DNA from: Leucoraja erinacea
Lineage: Eukaryota
Reading direction: 5' to 3'
Assembly (NCBI RefSeq): GCF_028641065.1
Contig: NC_073398.1
Location: forward strand, 20,832,001-20,896,000
Length of the DNA: 64,000 bases
Below the pieces are notes generated by a model. That model saw nothing but the letters and a program-made list of their open reading frames with translations. It was not told where the DNA came from and searched no databases. Every line of letters starts with the position of its first letter. The stretch's first letter is position 1. Both the position numbers and the translations under genes were made by a program. Below are positions 53,475-63,680 of this stretch, piece after piece.

Positions 53475-54560
53475 TTTAAAAACTGGAGAATTCAGTGTTA
53501 ATATGATTAGGTTGAAAGCTACCCAAACAGAATATCAGGGGCTGCTCATCCATTTTACGTGTGGTCTCACTGTGGCGATGGAAGAGGCCCAGAACAGAGA
53601 GGGGAATAACAGTATGGGAATTGGAAGAAGAGTTAAAATTGTTAGCTACCAGGAGATCCTACAGGCCTTGGTGGGCGGAGCACAAGTGTTCGGCAAAATG
53701 GTCACCTAGTTTACGCTAGGTCTCGCCGATGTAAAGGAGGCCACATCAGGAGCATCTCAGCGACTTTACTTCCTGAGGAGGCTCACGAAAGCCCACCTGT
53801 CCCCCCGGATCCTGACCAACTTTTACCGCTGTACCATAGAGAGTATCCTGACCACCTGCTTCACGGTATGGTACAGCAGCTACACTGCTGCGGACAGGAA
53901 GGCACTACAACGGGTGGTGAAAAACGCGCAGCACATCATCGGTGCCCCGCTCCCTGCCATGGATGCCCTCCACCGAAAACGGTGTCTGAGACGGGCTGGG
54001 AAGATCATCAAAGACCCCTCACACCCCAACCATGGACTGTTTGCCCTCCTCCCATCAGGGAGGCGGTACAGGAGCCTCAGGTCACGTACTAGTAGGATGA
54101 GGAACAGCTTCTACAACAACACAATCACACTGCTGAACTCGGAGTCCCGACGATAGATTTTCTCTGGTCCCTCCGTCCCCATTGTTTAATTATTCTGTAT
54201 TTCTTGATTATTCTGTATCTTCCCTCTTTCTATTTTTTTTGTTTTCTTTATGTACAACTACTACGGACTCTCGCAAAACTGCATTTCGTTGTACTGACAC
54301 TTGTATTTGTGCGATAACATTAAAGTTGAATTGAATTAAATTGAATTGAATCAAATGTGAAATGGTCATCAAATGGAAGTGCTGCACAGGTCCATGGGTG
54401 GATGTGAGGGAGGAGGTAAAAGGGCAGGTTTTACAGGAATGGGGATGGATTAGGTGAGATGGGATGAGCGAAACAAGAAGTTGTAGAGGGAGTGATCCCT
54501 GCAGAGAGGGGTGGGATTGGAAGATGTGACTGGTGGTGGGATCACTTTGAAGGTGGTTCA
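53475..54560 (-). mobile_element. Penelope-like element relic, GIY-YIG endonuclease region (53475-53756 and 54351-54560), interrupted by a Rex1/Babar LINE
   Basis: Minus translation CS*CGLLYIGET*RKLGDHFAEHL...NFNS...LSVLGL...EQPLIFCLGSFQPNHINTEF; upstream CKTCPFTSSLTST motif; several stops. Confidence 0.8.
53757..54350 (+). mobile_element. Rex1/Babar-type LINE, 5'-truncated, apparently young
   Basis: Uninterrupted frame LYFLRRL...NFYRCTIESILT...LQRVVK...IIKDPSHPNHGLFALLPSGRRYRS...RNSFY; ends in (gaatt)n. Confidence 0.85.
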
Positions 54561-54827
54561 GTCATTGAACATGCTCAAACACAATTGTTTGATATTAAGG
54601 AAATCAAGAGGAATGGGGGTGCAGGAAAGTTGTACTGTGAGTTTACTAAGTGCGGAGGAAGCCTGAGCAAGCCCTGTCCTGTTTAAATTCCTTTATTATT
54701 GTTGTGTAATCGTACATATAATTAAGCACCCTTGCCACTAGCAACATGTAGAAGTGTTTAATGTTCAGATATTCAACTTCTAATATTCCACTGAGAAGGT
54801 TGGCAATAACGTCAAATTAAAAAGACA

Positions 54828-54930
54828 GGCACACAAAAATGCTGGAGAAACTCGGCGGGTGCAGCAGCATCTATGGAGCGAAGGAAGTAAGCAACGTTTC
54901 GGGCCGAAACCCTTCTTCAGACTGACCTTT
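54828..54930 (-). mobile_element. Family copy with intact UUCG-loop core (54890-54923) and 14-bp flanking repeat
   Basis: aaattaaaaagaca at 54814-54827 and 54931-54944. Confidence 0.8.
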
Positions 54931-54939
54931 AAATTAAAA

Positions 54940-55275
54940 AGACATAGAAACATAGAAATTAGGTGCAGGAGTAGGCCATTCGGCCCTTCGAGCCTGCACC
55001 GCCATTCAATATGATCATGGCTGATCATCCAACTCAGTATCCCGTACCTGCCTTCTCTCCATACCCCCTGATCCCCTTAGCCACAAGGGCCACATCTAAC
55101 TCCCTCTTAAATATAGCCAATGAACTGGCCTCAACTACCCTCTGTGGCAGAGAGTTCCAGAGATTCACCACTCTCTGTGTGAAAAAAAGTTCTTCTCATC
55201 TCGGTTTTAAAGGATTTCCCCTTTATCCTTAAGCTGTGACCCCTTGTCCTGGACTTCCCCAACATCGGGAACAAT
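54940..55275 (-). mobile_element. Well-preserved CR1 3' end
   Basis: (acatagaa)n tail; FPMLGKSRTRGHSLRIKG. Confidence 0.85.
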
Positions 55276-55382
55276 CGAATGTTATCAGACAATGATCCCT
55301 TTGTCTGATAACACATACTTGCTCTGCATTTCAATGTTGCCACCGGCTGGCAAAAGCTCTAGGGTTGTGAATAATATTCAAT

Positions 55383-55505
55383 AGTCTGGAGAAGGGTCAC
55401 ACCCATTCCTTTCTCTCCAGAAATGCTGTCCAACCCGCTGAGTTACTCTAGCTTTTTTTGTGTCTTATCATCGGGGTAAAGCAGCATCTGCAGTTCCCTC
55501 CCACA
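55383..55505 (+). mobile_element. Family copy with deleted core, about 75 bp upstream of the SELENOO ATG
   Basis: acccattccttt...gctgagttactc...cagcatctgcagttccctcccaca. Confidence 0.75.
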
Positions 55506-55580
55506 CAACACCGAGGAATACTTCAGGCCCGAGACCTGACACCTGCTCAGCCTCCTCCCCCCAGGGGCGGCGCTGCAGCG

Positions 55581-56128
55581 ATGGCCGGGGTGTCGGTGCG
55601 CTGCGCCGTCCGCTCCGCCTGCGGCTGTGGGCGGGGAGCGGGCAACGGAGCCTCGGTCATGGGCACGGCCTTGGGCAACGGCGGAGCCTCGGCCATGAGT
55701 AGCGGCAGCGGCAGCGGCGGCGGCGGGGGACCAGGCCTGCACAGCCTTCGCTTCGACAACCTGGCGCTGCGCTCGCTGCCGGTGGACGGGAGCGGCGAGG
55801 CCGGCAGCCGCCTTGTGCCCGGCGCCTGCTTCTCGCTGGTGCGGCCGACGCCGGTGGAGACGCCGCGGCTTGTGGCCCGCTCGGTCGCCGCCCTCCGCCT
55901 TCTGGGCCTCGGCGGCCTGCCCGACGCCGAGCTGGCGCAATGCTTCAGCGGGAACCGGCTGCCGCCCGGCGCCCAGACCGCCGCGCATTGCTACTGCGGA
56001 CACCAGTTCGGCTCGTTCGCCGGGCAGCTGGGCGACGGCGCCGCCATCTACCTGGGCGAGGTGCTCGGCCCCCTCGGCCGCCGCTGGGAGCTCCAGATCA
56101 AAGGCGCCGGACCCACACCCTACTCCAG
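55581..56128 (+). CDS. SELENOO: SELENOO (protein adenylyltransferase SelO) coding exon 1
   Basis: LRFDNLALRSLP, AHCYCGHQFGSFAGQLGDG and WELQIKGAGPTPYSR motifs; CpG-rich exon; donor AG|gtcaga. Confidence 0.95.
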
Positions 56129-56134
56129 GTCAGA

Positions 56135-56880
56135 GCCCAGCACCCCTCTGCTGCATGATCCCTCACCCCTCTGCTGCATGATCCCTTATCTCCCTGCTGC
56201 ATGATCCCTCATCCCTCTGCTGCATGATCCCTCATCCCTCTGCTGCTGCATAATCCCACTGCCTGTTCCCGATCCTTGTTATGATCCTTCCTCCTGATTC
56301 CTGTCCTAATACCTCTGCCTGATCCTGATTCCTCTGCCTGCTTCCGAATCCCTGTCCTGAACTTTCTTCCTGATCCCTGTCATGATACCTCTGCCTGATC
56401 CCAGATGCCCCTGCCTGGTCCCTGATGCCTCTATGTCGGAAATAATTGCAGATGCTGGTTTAAATCGAAGGTAGACACAAAAAGCTTGAGTGACTCAGCA
56501 GGACAGGCAACATCTCTGGAGAGAAGGAATGGGTGACGTTTCGGGTCGATACCCTTCTTCAGACTGATGCCTCTGCCTGCTCCCTGATGCCTCTGCCTGC
56601 TCCCTGATGCCTATGCTTGTTCCCTGATGCCTCTGCCTGCTCTATGATCCCTTTGTCTGATACCTGTCCTGATCCCAGATCCCTCCTCCTGATCCATGAG
56701 CCATTTTCAGACCTTCACATGCATCAATGTCCTGATCCTTCTGCCTGTTTTCTGATCTCTGTCTCCTCCTGTTCCTTGTCCTGACACCTCCTCCCTGATT
56801 CCTGTCCGGATACCTCCTTGTCTTCCTCCAGTTCTTCCCTGTGATCATCTGCTTTTCTTCCACATTCCTGCCTCATTCTG
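56135..56880. repeat. Pyrimidine-rich minisatellite in SELENOO intron 1
   Basis: About 20-bp units ctctgctgcatgatccctca.c and ctctgcctgctccctgatgc. Confidence 0.85.
56433..56565 (-). mobile_element. Family copy with intact core (56531-56565) inserted in a minisatellite of SELENOO intron 1
   Basis: Minus strand agtCTGAAGAaGGGTatcgACCCGAAACGTCaccc; flanked by ctgatgcctct. Confidence 0.8.
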
Positions 56881-56889
56881 GAGTTTAAC

Positions 56890-57370
56890 ACAGGGAAGTG
56901 GGAGGTGTTGCATTTTTTGAAGTCTAACCAGGGCAGGTACTACACAGTGAATGGCAGGGCTCTGGGAAGTGTAGAGGTGAGGGATCAAGGATGGAAGGTA
57001 CATAGTTCCTTGAAAGTGGAGTTACGAGTAGATTGGGTGGCTAAGAAGGGGTTTGAGACATTGGCCTTCATCAGTCAGGGTGTTGAGTGTAGAAGTTGGG
57101 AGGTTATGGGACTTATATAAGACGTTGGTGAGGCCACATTCAGAGTATTATGTTCAGTTTTGGTAACCCTGTTATAGGAAAGATGTTATTAAACTGGAAA
57201 GGGAGCAAAGAAGATTTACAAGGATGTTGCCAGAACTCAAGGGCCTGAGATATAGAGAGAAGTTGAGCAGGCTATGACTTTATCCCCTGGAGCACAGGAG
57301 GATGAGGGGCGATCTTGTAGAGTTGTATAAAATCATGAGAGGAACAGATCGGGTAGACACACGGAGTCTC
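56890..57370 (+). mobile_element. CR1 LINE fragment
   Basis: LYKTLVRPH.EYYVQFW, KLEREQRRFTRMLPEL, MRGDLVELYKIMRG. Confidence 0.8.
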
Positions 57371-59142
57371 ATAAGCCACAGATATATCCCCGATCTACCT
57401 CATCGTGGACGTTGCGTAATGTCTGCTGCTGTAATCCTATATCTGCACTTAGTTTCATTTTCTAAATTATCTGTTGTAAATCATGTTATGATTTGCCTGG
57501 ACAGCATGGAAAACCACGTCAATGAGTTTTTCACTATTGCTGTTTCAGTGAACACACGAAACAATAATAAACCAAAGCTAATCCCTTTATTTGTGGGCTT
57601 CCACCCTGTGTTTTAACTTGTCGGCCCTGTGGGTTATTCAGTGGAAGGTGAATCCCCACCTTTTTTTCCTGCCCTGTATCTGTTTACATTATAGTTTTCA
57701 ACCATAAAAGATCCTATAACCCTCCCCTTTACTTTCAGGGTGTTTCCATAACCTCCATTACTTTGTATATATTGTGACAATTGTTACTGTTGGTGTCAAT
57801 ATCTTGGGAGTACATTTTGTAACTGCATTAGATAAGCACTGATGTAAATGGATGGAGTGCAGTTATAGTGCAAGAGTTTTTTGAAAATTGATATATTCTT
57901 CTTAATATTCTACAAAAGATGGTTGTAAAATCCAATTTGCACCTGACTTGAGTGACCTGCATTTTTTGGTTACTATGACACAGCAAAAGGCCATTTTGCC
58001 CATCAGGTCTATGCCAATGCCCAGAAACTCAATCATATTGTAGTTGAGTTTTACTTCTCTGAAACCTATTCTCTTAAATGCTCATCAACCCAACCATTTG
58101 TCCTGCCATCCACCTGCACTAGCATAATTCTCAGGACGAGTATTAGACAGAGCAGGAAATTTAGGCTGTCAAGTGACACACAAGCAGTCACAGGGAGAAG
58201 GTGCACAGAGAGAGCTTGAGATCAGGATTGAGCCAGGCTCACTGAACTGCTGCACCTCAGGCCCTCTCATAGTCTAGTTTAACTGATTTCATCTGTTACT
58301 GTAGAACACCAGGCCCAGGAGCTCAATAATTGCTTGCAAGTAGGCCACTAGCCTGGGTGCTTCCTCTGGCACCAGTCACACCAAGGAAAAGCAAGTGCTG
58401 GCATTTATGCAAGTCCAAAGCAAATAAAGCATTTCAACAAGACCCTAGATAACATTTAAGCATGGGCCAATTAGTGCCAAGTAACTTGCCAGGTAATGTG
58501 TATCCCCAACTAGAGAGAAATGAACTATATATCTGCAGTATTCAATGTCATTATTCTGACACGTACCCAGTTATCAACTGCAATATTGACCAGAAATATT
58601 GTGGAAACAAAAGTAAGTCTGAGTATCTTGACATTTCCTGCAAGGCATCTGTCACAGAAGCACGATGGAATATTTTCTATGTGTCTCTGAGTATAACTCC
58701 AACACATCAAGTAGTCCAGCACCCAGGACAAATCAATCTGCTTTGTTGATTTCCCCATCTCTCATCTAAACATTCATTGCCTCTGCCATAGCGGCACTGT
58801 GGCTGTAATGTGTACTCCCGACAGCTCCTTCCAAACCAAACCCCCACCATCTCTTCTGTTTCCTCTCACATACAATCAACTGTTGATAAAACGCACGTTT
58901 TCAACACTAACTTGGAGTCATGCATCCTAATATTTAATTTGGTTCTTAATCTAATTATTTTTGATTATGCTTTGTTCAACGTTAATGGGGAGAAGTATAG
59001 TACATATTACTCTTCCATTTAAATGCAAATATAGTTCAGTTTTCTGTGGTGATGTATAGTACATAGCATAGTATGCAGTAATCTTGGATTAAGTATATAT
59101 TTGTACAGTTCATAATGTTGTGTGCTATGTTCACATTTGCAG

Positions 59143-59346
59143 GCAATCAGATGGTCGAAAAGTGCTTCGCTCCAGCATTAGAGAATTTCTCTGCAGTGAG
59201 GCCATGCATCATCTTGGAATACCGACAACACGAGGGGGAACTTGTGTAACATCCGATTCTAAAGTAATCAGGGATGTATTCTATGATGGGCATCCAAAAT
59301 ATGAAAGATGCACTATTGTCCTCCGTGTTGCTCCTACATTTCTACG
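59143..59346 (+). CDS. SELENOO: SELENOO coding exon 2 ([30 protein letters not shown]...APTFLR)
   Basis: [18 protein letters not shown] SelO signature; ttgcag acceptor, gtattt donor. Confidence 0.97.
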
Positions 59347-59455
59347 GTATTTCCATTTTAGATATGATCTGTGCAAACTTTTAGAGCTTTACAAATATAT
59401 ATTTTAGTCTTATTTCATGAACTATTTATTAATACATCCTGTTTAATTAAATTAG

Positions 59456-59636
59456 ATTTGGATCTTTTGAGATCTTTAAAGATGTGGACGAGCAGACAGG
59501 TCGAAGGGGACCTAGTTCTGGTAGAAATGATATTAAAATACAAATGCTTGACTATGTCATTGGGACATTCTATCCAGAAATTCAGCAAGCACACCCTAAG
59601 GACAAGGCACAGAGGAATGCTGCTTTCTTCAGAGAA
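59456..59636 (+). CDS. SELENOO: SELENOO coding exon 3 (FGSFEIFK...NAAFFRE), after a 109-bp intron
   Basis: RFGSFE motif spans the junction; attag acceptor, gtaaga donor. Confidence 0.95.
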
Positions 59637-60306
59637 GTAAGAACTTGTCAGCTTTTCTTAATTACCTTGTTTGTTGCAACATAACATTCAAAGAGAATAC
59701 AAGTTTGTTTTACTGCTATATATTTTGAAATTGTGACCATGCAAAAATGTTCATTTTCATGCACATTTCAAATCTGAAATCTCGCGAGCCAGGAAGGTTC
59801 CAAATTTGGTTCCTGGTCACGTTAATTGATCTCACCTGAGGTTTATTCAAAACTAGTTATTTACCCTCTCCTCCATGTCACTCCTCCACTTCATATATTA
59901 AAATTAGATGTGAAAAATACTCAATGAAAAATGAACATTATTGTTTAACGAGCTGCGTGCAAATCTTAGATGTAGTGACATGTTTTCCCATTAAGAGAAA
60001 AATACATGGGATAATTTTTGGCTGTATTTTATAACAGGAAATATTTAGCCATGGATTAATCTTATTATTTTTTATGGTGATGGGCACTTGCGACAAAGGC
60101 AAATTTTGGGAGCAGTCTGGAAAGGACAAATAGTAATTAATCATCTGTACTGGACCAGGTCAGAGTGGCTGCACAAGGACATGTTTGCTGCCTCTCTGTG
60201 AGGTATGTGTTGTCCTTCTCATGGGTCTCGTGTCTTGACAAAGTCAACAATCTATATTCGAGACAGCAGAAAATGCTAGACAAGATTAACCAAATAAATG
60301 GAGTCC

Positions 60307-60425
60307 TATGAAGAGCCTCAATTTATGCTGACAACACCTTGAAAAACCAATCTAAATAAGGTTCTTCTTACCTTATTTAGATTGTTTTTTCAAGGTGTGG
60401 TCAGCATAAATTGAGGCTCTTCATA
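60307..60425. repeat. Near-perfect inverted repeat (56-bp arms, 7-nt loop)
   Basis: 60307-60362 versus 60370-60425, two mismatches by eye. Confidence 0.9.
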
Positions 60426-61019
60426 TGAGGTAGTTAAGCAAAATGAAAATGAATGCAAAATTAAGTTCTGGAGAGTCTCTGCTTGAATGGACCTGAGTTC
60501 AGGGCAAAAAAAAAAACACAATTCAAATTCTGTTATCAATGAAGAAGACAAGTATGTATGCATGGTGTAGCAGCTTTCAGTTTCACTGTACATGTATAGT
60601 GACAATAAATGGCATCTATATCTATCTAAGTAGTAATGGTTATAGCAATCTTGCAGGCTGGGTGACCCTGATCACATGACAAGCTTTGGCGCATTTAACA
60701 CCTCTGACTGATGTTTTATTGGAAGCAGGAAATGCAGATGCTTAAGTGTTTGATTCCTTTAATTGGTGTGAGGATGCATTTCCCTTAACCAATACTAAAC
60801 GCACACTGGCAACTAAATTCGTAGAAATGGGGTACTTTTCAAAATTTTATATAAAGAAAAAAAAATTGCTGGCTGGGGTCAGGTCTAGAGCTAATGGGGG
60901 AGTAATGGAATAGGGGTGGGGTGGAATGGAGTGGGGTGGGTGAATGGAGTGAGGGAGAGGGTTATAGTCTCAGGATGTGGGATAATATATGTAGGCATAA
61001 AAGCTATTCATCCAGAGGC

Positions 61020-61239
61020 TAGTTTACAAATGGAATTCTATACCACAGGAGGAGGCTAAGATGTTGAACATATTTATGGTGATAAAACAAATTTTCAACA
61101 GCATAAAACATATCGAGGGATTTTAGAGAGACTGGGAATTTGGTATCCATACTGAGAATCGGGCATGATGGTATTGAATGGTGGAGCAGGCTCGAAGGCC
61201 TGAATGGCCTGCTGCCGTTCCCACTCATCTATGTTTCTA
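61020..61239 (+). mobile_element. Old CR1 3' end abutting the SELENOO exon 4 acceptor
   Basis: ttgaatggtggagcaggctcgaaggcctgaatggcct...ctatgtttcta matches the reverse complement of 54943-55020. Confidence 0.75.
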
Positions 61240-61248
61240 AATCTACAG

Positions 61249-61379
61249 GTAACCAAGAGGACAGCCCGGCTGGTTGCTGAATGGCAGTGTGTTGGGTTTT
61301 GTCATGGTGTACTAAACACAGATAACATGAGCATTGTAGGACTTACCATCGACTATGGACCTTTTGGCTTTATGGACAG
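61249..61379 (+). CDS. SELENOO: SELENOO coding exon 4 ([43 protein letters not shown])
   Basis: Active-site HGVLNTDN and DYGPF motifs; ctacag acceptor, gtatat donor. Confidence 0.97.
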
Positions 61380-62643
61380 GTATATAGATTTTGAATGTAA
61401 CTGGAAATTATTTATAGTTTTATAGTGATAATTTTATCTAAATATTGTTGCCAAATAAACCATAGTATTGAGTATAACAAGTTGTTTCCTCTGTGTTTTA
61501 TGGCATGCCACATTAATATTAATGATGGCTTGCAATGAGGTTATTAAATAACAGAAAATGCTGAAAACATTCTAATTACGGAAAGAGTAACAGAGTTGAC
61601 TTTAGATGGGCGACCCTTAGTTAGAACTGCATGTTCATTTTCTCCTGTACTTCTGGTTATTAACTTTGTTTCATTGAACTTGTTTTCATAATGAAAATGA
61701 ATCTTAATTTTTTCCCAGTTCAGAAGTCACAGACATGAAACATTAACATTGTTTCTCCTTCCCCTGATGCTGCCTGACATGCTAAGTGTTTTCAGCATTT
61801 TCAGTTTTTATTACACGTGTTTAGCATCTGCCGATATTTTTCCCTTGGTTTTGAATTTGTCTGCTGCTTTATTTATCTTTTGCCTCGTGCTGCCTTTTCT
61901 TTAGTTGGGTGAAGGAATTTCTGAGGGATTTCAGGCTGTTTAGTGCCTTTAAAATTTCAGTACCTTTAATATTATGTCAACACATAATTTCAGGGTTTTT
62001 TTGCAGGTTTGTTTTTTCTTGCACATATTATCATTGATTATGTGTCACTGAAATTGGATTATTAATGAAAACGTATGTTAAGTTCTGATCCTTCGGATTT
62101 ACATCAGCTAAAAATCAAAATTTACCTAGTCAATAATTTTATTTGGCCATTTACTGGACCCACACAAAACTGATTTGTTTCAACCTTGTGGTTTTAGAAA
62201 AAAAATGAAAAAAAAGCTTTAGTAAATTCTAGTTGAGTGATGTTGTATACTGGATTGTAGACATGTAATGCTGAAGAAAGGTTGGTATAGTTGTCTAATT
62301 CTTGTTCCGTCGGATATATTGAGTGTGCCCAACAAAAAAAAACTTCTGCAAGCAACCACCCATTTCTTCTGAATCAAAGCATGAAATCTGTATGACGGCA
62401 ACTTTTCAACTCAGCAGTTAACTTTTTTATATATGAATCTTGTGCTGGATACCTTATGGAATACCTCCATACATTGTTGTTCTAATTATGATCAATACCA
62501 GATCAAAAGACTACCAATTTAGAAGGCAACTCTTAATTCATGCTAATTAAAAATGCGAAAACAAATTTGACTCAATTGTAGTATTTAATCTATTTGTTAA
62601 ACTTGTTTACAATATCATTCTTAAATTGGTTTATGTATTTTAT

Positions 62644-62960
62644 GAGGACCATTCAAATTTGAACTTGTATGTGTTTTTGCAGTTTGTATTATTTAACTGG
62701 ATATTTGTTAAACTCTGCATTGTTTTCATAGCAATGAGAAATTCCCTTAATGCTAGTATTTTATCCATTTTATTCAGGACCGATTCTAACAATTTTTTTG
62801 TGACCTTGTATGTTTTGCAGTTTGTGCTATTAATTAACTGGATGATATCTGTAATGAACTGATAAATCTGCATTGGAATCATTCATAGCAATGAGAAATT
62901 GTCCCTTTCATGCTAGTATTCTTATCCATGTTATTCACATCGATTTCAATTTTTTTGTTG
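62644..62960. repeat. Diverged tandem duplication, unit about 130-165 bp
   Basis: aggacc...ttttgcagtttgt...catagcaatgagaaatt...atgctagtatt occurs twice. Confidence 0.75.
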
Positions 62961-63680
62961 TCTCCGTTGTATATTTAATAATACAAAGGATTTTATTTAA
63001 TGCTTCAATAATAGCTTGCAATAGGCTGTCTACATTCTAATTTTCCTGTTTTTGTGATCTTGACTTATCTGACTAACCAATAGATGCAATTTATCATCAT
63101 AGAAACATAGAAAATAGGTGCAGGAGTCGCCCATTCGGTCCTTCAACCCAGCACCACCATTCAATATGATCATGGCTGATCATCCAAAATCAGTAATCCG
63201 TTCCTGCACTGATTTGTGATCTTGCTCTGTGACAATAATTTACCTAACAATACTGGAATATTTTGGGCAATGAGTGTTAGTCTGTGGTCGGGACTGATGC
63301 ACATTGTGGATCATCGCTGAAAGAATTTAACTTTGTCTCACTTATTAAATCTGGAATTGCTTGGTATCCTTGCTAAGTAAAAGTGCTCTTGTTAAGCACT
63401 TTGGGTAATTTGGCTGCATTGTAGAAATGAAAAGTGTTCTTTTTTTTATTGTTTAATTAATACAAAGAACAACATTTTCTTAGGCTTTGCAGTAGGTTGC
63501 ATGTGATTTTTATTTGGCAGCCACATATTGCTTTATTTTACTTGCAGAAGTGCTGCTTTTCAATGTACAAATAATGTAGATAAGGTCATAGATAATCAAA
63601 TTCAAGTAATCTATTTTATTGCAAAGATTGCATGAGCCATGATCAGTATAATGATACATTTCTTCCTCCAACCATTCAAG

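Noticed and set aside
55443-56181. Overlapping and antisense ORFs, and the 55458 upstream extension of SELENOO
   Set aside because: GC-rich shadows; the extension starts at a non-ATG codon inside a repeat element.
1362-56565. CRISPR-like or classical MITE reading of the recurrent palindromic repeats
   Set aside because: Copies are dispersed with no regular spacers; arms are asymmetric and flanking duplications vary in length.
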